Source: an uncultured Clostridia bacterium (lineage in GTDB: Bacteria; Bacillota; Clostridia; Christensenellales; Pumilibacteraceae). From it: a DNA stretch of 64,000 nucleotides. Below the pieces are notes generated by a model. It made no database searches and was not told the DNA's origin. It was given only the letters and a program-made list of their open reading frames with translations. Location of the stretch: contig CALVTM010000005.1 of assembly GCA_944362615.1 (NCBI GenBank), positions 22,043 through 86,042 on the forward strand, in the 5' to 3' direction. The position numbers were made by a program, and so were the translations under genes. Below are positions 27,378-36,449 of this stretch, in pieces; the stretch's first letter is position 1; the number at the start of each line of letters is the position of its first letter.

Positions 27378-30158
27378 TCATACTTCTATACGGACATGGC
27401 TCCCTCCGGAACCTTTCTCCACCGTTATCCTGTGATCGATACGGCTTTTAAGCTCGTCCACATGAGAGATCATACCGACCAGCCTGTCACCGCACGCAAG
27501 CTCGGCTATTATATCCATAGCCTTATCCAGTGATTCGGGATCCAGCGTTCCGAACCCCTCGTCAATAAACATGGTATCCAGTTTCACGCCGCCGGATGCG
27601 CTCTGAACGACGTCGCTAAGTCCGAGAGCAAGCGACAGCGACGCCTTGAACGACTCGCCGCCCGAAAGCGACCTTACCGGACGCGTCTTTCCCGTCCATG
27701 CGTCGGACACGTCCAGTTCCAGACCCGTCTTGAAACGGTTGTCCGTTACGCTCTCTCTCCTGACCAGTGTGAACCGCCCGTCCGTCATCGCCTTCAATCT
27801 TCTGTTTGCCTGCGCAAGTATCATATCAAAGTACACCTGCTGAACGTACGCCTCGAACGAGATCTTCCGTCTGCCGCTCGATTCGCCGTTGGCTATATCG
27901 GACAGTTCCTTGAGCGCGGACGCCGCATTGAGCTTTTCGATCAGCGACTTCTTCTTCTGAGTATACATCTCAAGCGCTTTTTTATTTCCGTCTATCGCCG
28001 ACGTGAGCTTTTCCGAAATGGTTTTCAGCTCCTTGCGTCTGACGCCGAGCGCCCGGCGGATCTGCTCTCCTGCGTCCTCCATGCTTACGCCCGGTTCAGC
28101 GCCGAGTTTTTCCGCCTGTTCTTCCATGCTCTTTCTTCTGCTCTTTTCCAGCGCTTCCGCTGCCGCCGCATTTTCCGCCGCCGTACGCAACGCCTGTTCT
28201 GCTTTCGCAAGATTGCCGTTAATTACGTTTATCCGCTGCCCGAGCTCTTTTATGCGCGCTTCCGCTTCGCTGCGGCTGTGAAATCTGAGCGTACTTCTCA
28301 GGCTTTCCGCTTCGCCGCCGAGCTGTGCAAGACGGGCGTTTCCTTCGGCAAGTTTCGTCTCAAGATCAGAAAGTTCGCCGCGCAGCGTTTTAAGAGCGTT
28401 TTCCGCATTTTCGGACATCTTCGCCGCCGCATCCTTCTGCTCTTTCTTCTTCGCTAATTTCACTTTACCGGCATTCAGTTCTTCAGCCACTTTTTCGGAA
28501 GCTTCCAGAGCCTTGCTTAAAGTCTCTTCCGCGTTTTCCCATGTGACGGTTTTACCGGTTATGCGCGTAATATCCGAAAGAAAGGGTGAAAGCAGTTTGT
28601 CGCAGTCCGTCCGGGCTTTGCCCGCGCTTGCGCTTGCACTGTCCGCCGCTCTGCGCGCCTCTTCCTCTTCGCGGCGCAAACATGCCACTCGCTCTTCCGT
28701 TGGCGTACCCTCTACCGGTTCCGCGGGAGCGGGATGCTCCGTCGAACCGCACACCGGACACGGCTTACCGTGCTCCAGACGCGACGCCATGAGCCCCGCC
28801 TGCGACGACAGGAACAGTTCGTATGCGGAGGTATACGCCTCCGTTGCCTTTTTCATCACGCTTATCGCTTTGGCGGCTGATGCGGCTTTATTATCCGCCT
28901 CTTTTACGGCTTTTTTCACCGGCTCGCGCTTGCGATCCAGTTCCCTGAGCTCCTCAAGTTTTTCCAACTTATTGCTCAGCGCGACCTGCGCCGCCGCAAG
29001 CTGTTGTTCTATATCCGCAAGTGATTTTACCGTATTATCCGCTTCCAGACGCTCTGTTTCCTTTTTGGCTACGGCATTTTTTCCGGCTATCCTGAGGTTT
29101 TCGAGCTTGTCTGTATCTTTCTTTACTTCAGCCGATTCGGCGGTCAGCTTTTCCAGTCTGTCGCATTGCGGCAGAGAGTTTTCCAGTGCGGAGACTTCCG
29201 CCGTACACGCGGCAAGTTTTTTTCTGTCATCGCTCGCCGACTGCATGCTGTTTTCCGCTTCTTTCAGCGCTTTACGGCAGGTTTCAAGATCGCCTGCTGC
29301 ATTCTTATATTCGGTGACGGCTTTGTTATATGCGTTTATCGCCTCAAGGCGCTTCTCCTCTTCCTTTTCCAGCCGCTCCACTTCCTCGCTCTCGGCATCC
29401 GCGGCTGCTTTTGCCTCGCTGTCCGAGCGGATAAGCCCGGTTATGAACTTCTCCGTGTTTTCGGAGTAGTATACCCTATTCTGAAGTTCACGCCATTCTT
29501 CCGCCCTGCTCTCCGGAACGGTAACGGTTTTGAGCGCATTTTCCGCCGCCTGTTTTTCATTCTCAGCCGCTGTGCGCGCCTCGCCGAGCGCGGACTTGAG
29601 CCGGAGCTGAAGCTCTCTGAACCTGCCCGTACCGAATATCTTTCCGAGAATAGTCATACGCTCGTCGCTCTTTGCAAGGAGCAGACGGAGGAATTCGCCC
29701 TGCGCTATCATCACTATCTGTCTGAACTGTTCGCAGTTGATCCCGAGTAGCGCTTCAACTGCCGTATTCACATCGCCGAGTCTGGACAGCGTCTTACCGT
29801 TGACTGTGAATTCGGCGGACGCGGCAATCGGCGTTTCTCCCGAACCGCGTTTCTTGCTCCTTATCTGAGCGGGTTTCCGCGTTATAGTATACCGCTTGCC
29901 CGCGTGCTCGAATTCCAGAGAAACATAAGTCTCGGTCTCAGGTGAAGCAAAATCGCTCCTGAGGCAGTCGTCGCTTCGCGTCGAACCGCTCGGCTTACCG
30001 AAAAGCGCGTACGAGATACCGTCGAAAATCGTGGTCTTTCCCGCGCCCGTGACACCGCTTATCAGGAAGAGTCCGCTGCCGCCCATGAGCGAAAAATCCA
30101 CCGTTTCTTTGCCCGCATACGGTCCGAACGCGCACATTATGAGTTTAATCGGTTTCAT
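27378..30158 (-). CDS. sbcC: exonuclease SbcC (SMC-like ATPase)
   Basis: 926 aa. Walker A GVTGAGKTT, long coiled coil with zinc hook CPVCGS, signature LSGGESF, Walker B MFIDEGFGTLD. Confidence 0.9.
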   Translation of the reverse strand: MKPIKLIMCAFGPYAGKETVDFSLMGGSGLFLISGVTGAGKTTIFDGISYALFGKPSGSTRSDDCLRSDFASPETETYVSLEFEHAGKRYTITRKPAQIRSKKRGSGETPIAASAEFTVNGKTLSRLGDVNTAVEALLGINCEQFRQIVMIAQGEFLRLLLAKSDERMTILGKIFGTGRFRELQLRLKSALGEARTAAENEKQAAENALKTVTVPESRAEEWRELQNRVYYSENTEKFITGLIRSDSEAKAAADAESEEVERLEKEEEKRLEAINAYNKAVTEYKNAAGDLETCRKALKEAENSMQSASDDRKKLAACTAEVSALENSLPQCDRLEKLTAESAEVKKDTDKLENLRIAGKNAVAKKETERLEADNTVKSLADIEQQLAAAQVALSNKLEKLEELRELDRKREPVKKAVKEADNKAASAAKAISVMKKATEAYTSAYELFLSSQAGLMASRLEHGKPCPVCGSTEHPAPAEPVEGTPTEERVACLRREEEEARRAADSASASAGKARTDCDKLLSPFLSDITRITGKTVTWENAEETLSKALEASEKVAEELNAGKVKLAKKKEQKDAAAKMSENAENALKTLRGELSDLETKLAEGNARLAQLGGEAESLRSTLRFHSRSEAEARIKELGQRINVINGNLAKAEQALRTAAENAAAAEALEKSRRKSMEEQAEKLGAEPGVSMEDAGEQIRRALGVRRKELKTISEKLTSAIDGNKKALEMYTQKKKSLIEKLNAASALKELSDIANGESSGRRKISFEAYVQQVYFDMILAQANRRLKAMTDGRFTLVRRESVTDNRFKTGLELDVSDAWTGKTRPVRSLSGGESFKASLSLALGLSDVVQSASGGVKLDTMFIDEGFGTLDPESLDKAMDIIAELACGDRLVGMISHVDELKSRIDHRITVEKGSGGSHVRIEV

Positions 30159-31251
30159 CTTTCACCTCCGAAACGCAGCGCAGCAGTTCAAGCTGTTCTT
30201 CAGTCATGCGCGCGCCCGTCTGCATCTCGTAGAAGTCGGAAAACAGTTGTTCGGTACTCTTATTCTCCACTTCAGCAACCGGCGTTATCTCTCCGGAAGT
30301 ACGAGTGAAATCCAGAAGGAGAGTATTCGGGAACACTTCACGCACACGGTCTATCGCGTTCAGTATCTCGCCGCCGTCCGTGAGCGTTATGTGCATATAG
30401 CTGTCTGCCGGATACTTATCCGTCTGCGCTGGCAGTTCGCTGAGAGCGCACTCCACCTCGTACAGCTGTCTTATCGCCGGCACCGGTATGCTCGTTATCT
30501 TTGCCGTTCCTTCATCCGTTTCGACAAGCGTTACGCTCTTAGTGTGCCTGCATTCGGAAAACGAATAACGCAGCGGCGAACCGGCATATCTCGCGGTGTC
30601 CCTCCCTATGCGCTGAGCGCCGTGAATATGCCCGAGCGCAACATAATCGAAAGCGTCGAACGCGGATACGTCCACATTATCCATACCGCCGAGAGTGCGC
30701 GTTTCCGAATCCGAACGCTCGGGCAACGCGCCGCCCGCCGTCACGAACTGATGTGCGACAAGCACGCTGAACCTGCCGCGCGGAACGATACCGGACAAAG
30801 CCGCGCGTACGCACTCGTCATATGACGCATACGTATTCCCCGTTACATGTGCAACGTCCGCCGGCCGGATGAACGGAAGCATGTAAAAATCTGCGTCGCC
30901 CACACGGACGCACGGCACGCTGCCTTCATAACAGCCCGCGACATGTACGTTATGTTTTCCGAGGATGCGGCCGCCGTATCCTACGCGCTCCGCACTGTCA
31001 TGATTGCCGGGTATCGCTATCACCGCTATGCCCGCGCTCTCAAGACCGGTCATGAAATCGTCGAACAGCTCCACCGCCTCTGCGGGAGGTACGCTGCGAT
31101 CGTATATGTCCCCGGATATGACAACGGCGTCCGCATGCCTGCTCACCGCCGCCGACACTATGAATTCCAGCGCGGCGCGCTGCTCCTCAAGCATGGACTG
31201 CTCGTGCACACGCTTCCCGAGATGCAGATCCCCGGTATGAATGAATTTCAT
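30145..31251 (-). CDS. sbcD: exonuclease SbcD (Mre11-family nuclease)
   Basis: 368 aa. Phosphoesterase motifs HTGDLHLG, GDIYD, GNHDS. Confidence 0.9.
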   Translation of the reverse strand: MKFIHTGDLHLGKRVHEQSMLEEQRAALEFIVSAAVSRHADAVVISGDIYDRSVPPAEAVELFDDFMTGLESAGIAVIAIPGNHDSAERVGYGGRILGKHNVHVAGCYEGSVPCVRVGDADFYMLPFIRPADVAHVTGNTYASYDECVRAALSGIVPRGRFSVLVAHQFVTAGGALPERSDSETRTLGGMDNVDVSAFDAFDYVALGHIHGAQRIGRDTARYAGSPLRYSFSECRHTKSVTLVETDEGTAKITSIPVPAIRQLYEVECALSELPAQTDKYPADSYMHITLTDGGEILNAIDRVREVFPNTLLLDFTRTSGEITPVAEVENKSTEQLFSDFYEMQTGARMTEEQLELLRCVSEVKDETD

Positions 31252-31343
31252 CAGCTCTTAACTCCCCGATATCATTCCCGGCATGAGCCGGATAAATCAA
31301 AGGCGTCCCCGGCAAAGCCGGAGACGCCGCAATTATCAAAGCC

Positions 31344-32099
31344 TTACGCGTCGTAATTGACAACCTGGCTGAAGTCCACTGCCTTGAGGGAAGCGCCGCC
31401 GATAAGTCCGCCGTCAATGTCGGGCTGAGCCATGAGCTCTTTGACATTCTTCGGATTCATCGAGCCGCCGTACTGGATGCGCATACCTTCTGCAACTTCC
31501 GCACCGTAAAGCGCCTTTACTTCCGCGCGGATGCCTGCTATCGTCTCTTCAGCCTGCTCGCTCGTAGCGGTCTTGCCTGTGCCGATCGCCCATACGGGTT
31601 CGTATGCAATTACAACGTCAGCCGCATCTGCTGCGCTTATGCCGTCGAATGCGCCGGTGACCTGAGTCTTGAGCACGTCGTCCGTCTTGCCGCTTTCGCG
31701 CTCTTCAAGAGTTTCGCCTACGCATACAATTGGCTTAAGACCTTTTGCAATAGCGGTCTTGAGTCTTGCATTCACGCTCGCATCCGTTTCACCGAAGTAC
31801 TGACGACGCTCGCTGTGTCCGATTATAACGTATTCCGTGCCGAGCTCAAGCAGCATGTCTGCGCTGATCTCACCGGTAAACGCGCCTTTCTCCGCCCATG
31901 CGACGTTCTCTGCGCCTACCTTGATGTTGCTGCCCTTGCAAAGTGCGACAGCCGTATCTATATCCGTGTAAGGCACGCAGATAACTACCTCGGCAGCAGC
32001 GTCCTTAACAAGCGGTTTGAGAGCGGTGATAAGCTCGGTAGCCTGCGCTCTCGTCATGTTCATTTTCCAGTTTCCCGCGATAATGGGTCTTCTCGACAT
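31344..32099 (-). CDS. tpiA: triosephosphate isomerase
   Basis: 251 aa. IIAGNWKMN and AYEPVWAIGTGKTAT. Confidence 0.95.
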   Translation of the reverse strand: MSRRPIIAGNWKMNMTRAQATELITALKPLVKDAAAEVVICVPYTDIDTAVALCKGSNIKVGAENVAWAEKGAFTGEISADMLLELGTEYVIIGHSERRQYFGETDASVNARLKTAIAKGLKPIVCVGETLEERESGKTDDVLKTQVTGAFDGISAADAADVVIAYEPVWAIGTGKTATSEQAEETIAGIRAEVKALYGAEVAEGMRIQYGGSMNPKNVKELMAQPDIDGGLIGGASLKAVDFSQVVNYDA

Positions 32100-32193
32100 G
32101 GTTCATATCTCCTTGATCTTAGTTACGTCATTATTATACAACACACGTACGATTTTTGCAACTCTTTTTTAAGCATATGCGGTATTTTGCCCG

Positions 32194-32472
32194 TCACGCA
32201 TAAATAAACGTAACGACTACCGCCGCTGCCGACAATACCGCAAACAGCGGTATAAGTACGCAGAAACTGACGTGTTTGGTCTTATGCCGGCAAACGATCA
32301 TACCGAGCAGTCCGCCGATGCCGCCCAGGAAAAAACTGAAGCCGAAAAGCACGGCTTCGGGTATTCTCCATGCGCCTTTCTTCGCTTTGGCTTTGTCCGC
32401 CGCAAACAGTATGAATGTTATAAGCGTCATCACCGCGAAAGCCGCGGTCACCGCTATTTCAGGAACGGTCAT
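32194..32472 (-). CDS. DUF1294-family small membrane protein
   Basis: 92 aa. ADKAKAKKGAWRIPE...GG.GG..GM...RHKTKH pattern. Confidence 0.75.
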   Translation of the reverse strand: MTVPEIAVTAAFAVMTLITFILFAADKAKAKKGAWRIPEAVLFGFSFFLGGIGGLLGMIVCRHKTKHVSFCVLIPLFAVLSAAAVVVTFIYA

Positions 32473-32618
32473 GATTTTCTCTCCTGCAAATCATATTCAT
32501 AAAAGCAATCTTATCCGTGCCGGCGCTCTCCTTTCGTCCGCACGATTAAATATATACATGAAACCTCTGTTCGGGCGGCAAATTTAACGCAAGGACACTC
32601 TGAGCTCCCAATGGCGTT

Positions 32619-33254
32619 TCAGATGCGGAAGGAGTCGCGCATTTTGGATTTTGCCTTACTGAGAACGGACGGCGTCACAAACGGAGCGGAAAGCAGCGCT
32701 TCACCGCGCTCACCCATCTTTATCACTCCTTCGCAAAGCAGCCACGCCGCCGCCATATCCACATAATACTCTCCGAAACGCATTCCCGGAAGATACTCCT
32801 CTATCAGATGAAAGTCGCTCTCCGTCATGCAGTTGGTCATCAGCGCGACAATGAACGCGCGCCTTCCGAACTCGCCGCACGCGGTCAGTCCCGAAAGGTC
32901 GCGTATCAGCGCGCTCTTGTCCTTCGCCCATGCGAATTTATATATCACCTGATCGGTCTGCGCCCAGCTGTCCATAAGCGGTACGAGGCGGCTGAGCAGC
33001 GTTATATTGTGCGGATAGTCCTTCCCCGTCTGCCAACCGGCAAGCAGTATTTCCTCGTGGGAGACGTTTTCCCTGCCGAAAAAATCGGTTATGTAATCCG
33101 GATACTCGCTGCGTATGCGCCTGCCCAACTTGCGCAGGAGCGGAGTGCGCACGCCGTAAACAAACCGCCGTGTCCGCAGAAGTCTTACAGTGAACGCTTT
33201 GAACTTTTCTTCCGAAAGCCCGTCAAGCTCATTCAATACGTCTTCGTAATTCAT
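32619..33254 (-). CDS. DNA alkylation repair protein (AlkC/AlkD-like HEAT-repeat family)
   Basis: 211 aa with helical repeat character. The N-terminus resembles that of the family. Call is tentative. Confidence 0.6.
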   Translation of the reverse strand: MNYEDVLNELDGLSEEKFKAFTVRLLRTRRFVYGVRTPLLRKLGRRIRSEYPDYITDFFGRENVSHEEILLAGWQTGKDYPHNITLLSRLVPLMDSWAQTDQVIYKFAWAKDKSALIRDLSGLTACGEFGRRAFIVALMTNCMTESDFHLIEEYLPGMRFGEYYVDMAAAWLLCEGVIKMGERGEALLSAPFVTPSVLSKAKSKMRDSFRI

Positions 33255-33257
33255 GTT

Positions 33258-34829
33258 TTACAGCATCGGCGCAAACAGCGAACCGACCGCGCTTATCACC
33301 CGTTTCGGGATAGACTGCTTTGCCGTATCGACGGTCATTTCCTCGCACTCGGTAAACAGTCTTTCAACGTCGCTTCTTATGCTCTTCAGGCACTTGGTCT
33401 TAAACATCCATACGCCGCACTCGTAGTGATGAACGAGAGAACGGTAATCCATATTGATCGTTCCCACCATACCGACGGTATCGTCGCTGAGATAAGTTTT
33501 GGCGTGAATGAATCCCGGAAGATATTCGTATATACGCACACCGCATTTAATCAGTTTTTTATAGTTGCGTCGGGTTATCCAGAACACTATCTTCTTATCC
33601 GGTATGCGCGGGGTGATTATGCGAACGTCCACTCCGCTCATCGCCGCACGGCACAGAGCACTGAGCAGATTGTTGTTGATTATCAGATACGGGGTTGTGA
33701 TATACATGTATTTACGCGCGTTATTGATCATATCGAGTATGACATTTTCAGCAACGTGCGTCGGATAAAGCGGTCTGGGACCGTCCGCAAACGGCTGTAC
33801 TATGCCCTCTTCGTCATAGTACTCGTAGTACTCGGGGATAAATGCGTCGTAGTCCTCCAGACGCGTCTCGTCCTGTGAGTCGTACATCGTGAGAAACATT
33901 ATCGTCAGGGATTGGACCGCCTCGCCTTTTATCATCGCGGCGCAGTCCTTCCAATGTCCGAGACGGTACGTTTCGTTTATATAATCGTCCGCAAAGTTGA
34001 TGCCGCCGACAAATGCGGTCTTGCCGTCTATAACGGTTATCTTACGGTGATCGCGGTTATTGTATACCGCGCTGACTACCGGACGGAGCGGATTGAAACG
34101 CAGACACTCTATTCCTTTCGCCCTCAGCGTTTTCCAGAAATCATGCTTTGCGTGAGTGATGTTCCCTATATCGTCATACATGACTTTGACGGTCACGCCC
34201 TGCGCTACCTTGCGTTCAAGAATATGCTCGACGTCATCCCACATTCTGCCCGGCTCGATTATGAAATACTCCATAAAGATATATTTTTCCGCTTTTTCCA
34301 GTTCCTCTTTCAGCGTTATCCAGAAGGATTCACCGGACGGCAGGTATTTGACGTCCGAATACCTGTGCGGCGGAGCGCCTGCCGCATCATAAATAAAACG
34401 ACTGCAACGGGTGTACTCACCGAGCACATCCGAACAGTCGTCCTTACTCAGATAATATTTAGCCGACCGTGCGCGTATATCCATATGGAGCACGGCTTTT
34501 GAGCGCGGAAGATAGGAGTGCGAAAAGAACAGATAAAGCAGACTGCCTATGATCGGAGCAAAAACCAGCACTACCAGCCAGCTCAGTTTTTCATCGGGAG
34601 ACATATCGCGGATAACTATCCTGACCGTCACTATAAGCGCAATTATTATATCCGCCGCCGTTATCAGGAACGACGACAGAGTATAAGGACCTATGAACAT
34701 AGTGGTGCCGGCAGCCGCGGTTATCGCAATATCGATAGCCCACACCAATGCCACGCTTACTATAAGCTGTAACAGTATCGCAATAACAGTGAGTGCCGCT
34801 CTTCCGAACAGTGCTTTTATAAGCTTCAT
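33258..34829 (-). CDS. cls: cardiolipin synthase
   Basis: 523 aa. N-terminal TM helices and two HKD motifs (HRKITVIDG, HAKTYLSDD). Confidence 0.9.
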   Translation of the reverse strand: MKLIKALFGRAALTVIAILLQLIVSVALVWAIDIAITAAAGTTMFIGPYTLSSFLITAADIIIALIVTVRIVIRDMSPDEKLSWLVVLVFAPIIGSLLYLFFSHSYLPRSKAVLHMDIRARSAKYYLSKDDCSDVLGEYTRCSRFIYDAAGAPPHRYSDVKYLPSGESFWITLKEELEKAEKYIFMEYFIIEPGRMWDDVEHILERKVAQGVTVKVMYDDIGNITHAKHDFWKTLRAKGIECLRFNPLRPVVSAVYNNRDHRKITVIDGKTAFVGGINFADDYINETYRLGHWKDCAAMIKGEAVQSLTIMFLTMYDSQDETRLEDYDAFIPEYYEYYDEEGIVQPFADGPRPLYPTHVAENVILDMINNARKYMYITTPYLIINNNLLSALCRAAMSGVDVRIITPRIPDKKIVFWITRRNYKKLIKCGVRIYEYLPGFIHAKTYLSDDTVGMVGTINMDYRSLVHHYECGVWMFKTKCLKSIRSDVERLFTECEEMTVDTAKQSIPKRVISAVGSLFAPML

Positions 34830-34974
34830 GCCTTCTCCTCCGTGTAATATGCCGCTGAAAATACGCCGCTTTTATAAATATAACACGTTTGTCCGCTCCT
34901 GTCAAGCGCTGTTTCATCCGGTACTGTTCCCCTGCCGCGGTTAGGACGCGGCGCGCATCGTCTCCGAGTGAAAA

Positions 34975-35023
34975 CAGAAAAAAGCTATAAAAAACAGCCG
35001 TGCGGCACCGGTGCCGCACGGCT
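34975..35023 (-). terminator. Rho-independent terminator after the kinase-like gene
   Basis: Perfect 14-bp palindromic stem AGCCGTGCGGCACC/GGTGCCGCACGGCT. On the minus strand it is followed by GTTTTTTATAGCTTTTTT. Confidence 0.8.
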
Positions 35024-35053
35024 CATAAACTTTTATCTTTATCCGCAAAACTC

Positions 35054-35803
35054 TTACTCGTATTCAACTACAGTCGCCCACTGAAGAAGGAAATCCCGTT
35101 CTTCGGGCTTGCCCTTAACGGACTGCGAAGCCGCTACGATAGGCAGCCACTTGAATACATAATGACGGGTGGTGTTGTTTATTCTGCAATACTCGTCAAT
35201 ATACTTTTCGGCAAGCTCATCCTTGCCGCGAAGCTTGAACATCAGATATGTGCGCGCCGCGTCTGCGCTTCCGTTACCCGTCGTAACATGCGACCAGTCT
35301 ATGATATAAGTCTTACCGTCGTCTCCCATGATGATGTTGGACGGATCAAAGTCGCCGTGGCACAGTTTGAAATGAGTCGGCATACCCTCGAGACGCATCA
35401 GCAGCTCGTATTTTATATTACCGTCTATATCCGCTTCGTAAAGCTTGCGCGTGAACTTCTCCTTGGTGCGGTTGAGCAAAGGTACGTTGTATTTATGCAT
35501 ATCGCGCTGTACTTCAACGAATTTAGTCAGATACTCATCGCTCTTTTCGGGATGTTCTTTCATGAGCTCTTCAAGGCTCTTACCCTCAATATACTGCATA
35601 ACTATCGAGTAACTGTCTTCGCTGAGTCTTACGTCATAGATCTCAGGTACGTTCAGCCCTGCCTCGGCTACACGCGTCTGATTGATTGCTTCGTTGAGTA
35701 TGTCGCTCTTTTTGAAGGTTTTGTCAAACTTCTTCACAAGCATATCGCCCTCGACATAGATCTCCTTGTTGGGGCGCTTAAGTAAAATTTTCTTTTCGGA
35801 CAT
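35054..35803 (-). CDS. aminoglycoside/choline-kinase-like phosphotransferase family protein
   Basis: Catalytic loop LCHGDFDPSNII and YIIDWS. I trimmed the start to MSEKK (GGGAGG upstream). The track ORF starts at 35839. Confidence 0.7.
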   Translation of the reverse strand: MSEKKILLKRPNKEIYVEGDMLVKKFDKTFKKSDILNEAINQTRVAEAGLNVPEIYDVRLSEDSYSIVMQYIEGKSLEELMKEHPEKSDEYLTKFVEVQRDMHKYNVPLLNRTKEKFTRKLYEADIDGNIKYELLMRLEGMPTHFKLCHGDFDPSNIIMGDDGKTYIIDWSHVTTGNGSADAARTYLMFKLRGKDELAEKYIDEYCRINNTTRHYVFKWLPIVAASQSVKGKPEERDFLLQWATVVEYE

Positions 35804-36052
35804 AATTCCTCCCTTATCAATAAATTTAGGCATAAACATTTGTTGCCGTATATATTATAAACCATCTTACATAATTTGTAAATAGGTATTTGAAAATTTC
35901 TTTGTGATTTGTCAAACGTTTTTCTGCTCAGTTTTTACCTGTACGAGCTAAAACGATCGTTTATACTATGCCCGTCCGGGAGCAGAACAATCGCTTACTC
36001 AAAAATCCGATATTAAGTGCGTGAGTATTTGACATGCCGCTCACGCAATCCC

Positions 36053-36081
36053 TTGACAACCGCGCAAAAAGCCGTTAAAAT
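36053..36081 (+). promoter_or_regulatory. SigA-type promoter upstream of tRNA-Arg
   Basis: TTGACA (36053-58), a 17-nt spacer, then TAAAAT (36076-81). The tRNA starts about 80 nt downstream. Confidence 0.55.
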
Positions 36082-36164
36082 ATAATAGCTTAAGCAGCCG
36101 CAAACGACGCTCGCAATTTCCCCCGCCTGATGCGGAGAAACAAAACAATAAGGATCCCCCCCTT

Positions 36165-36239
36165 GCACTCGTAGTATAACGGATAGAACGGTGGCCTCCG
36201 GAGCCGCAGATTTGGGTTCGATTCCCAACGAGTGCGCCA
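36165..36239 (+). tRNA. tRNA-Arg (anticodon CCG)
   Basis: Hand-folded cloverleaf. Acceptor GCACTCG/CGAGTGC, anticodon stem GTGGC/GCCGC with loop CTCCGGA, T-arm TTGGG-TTCGATT-CCCAA, discriminator G, encoded CCA. The D-stem has one mismatch. Confidence 0.85.
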
Positions 36240-36241
36240 GA

Positions 36242-36277
36242 CATCCGCGCTTTTTCCGGCGCGGATGATTTTATTAT
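36242..36277 (+). terminator. Rho-independent terminator after tRNA-Arg
   Basis: 9-bp stem CATCCGCGC/GCGCGGATG followed by ATTTTATTAT. Confidence 0.8.
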
Positions 36278-36371
36278 ATGCTTCCCCCCCCCTTACGTCT
36301 TTACATGCAATGCAGCCCCTTTCGCCGGTCCGACGGACAACAGACCGCATTTGCTCATCCGGATCTGACCG

Positions 36372-36415
36372 TAAAAAACAACAGAGCAAAATCCGCTTAT
36401 GAATTTTGCTCTGTT
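36372..36415 (-). terminator. Rho-independent terminator after leuS
   Basis: 13-bp stem AACAGAGCAAAAT/ATTTTGCTCTGTT. On the minus strand it is followed by GTTTTTT. Confidence 0.75.
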
Positions 36416-36449
36416 TTAATTCTTTTACCGCCGTGCTCGGCGCAGTATC

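Noticed and set aside
27378-31251. SbcC/SbcD as a possible SMC-type anti-phage defence module.
   Set aside because: This is the canonical sbcD-sbcC pair, with a zinc hook, Mre11-type nuclease motifs and overlapping genes, in a housekeeping context next to dut and tpiA. It has no accessory defence partners.
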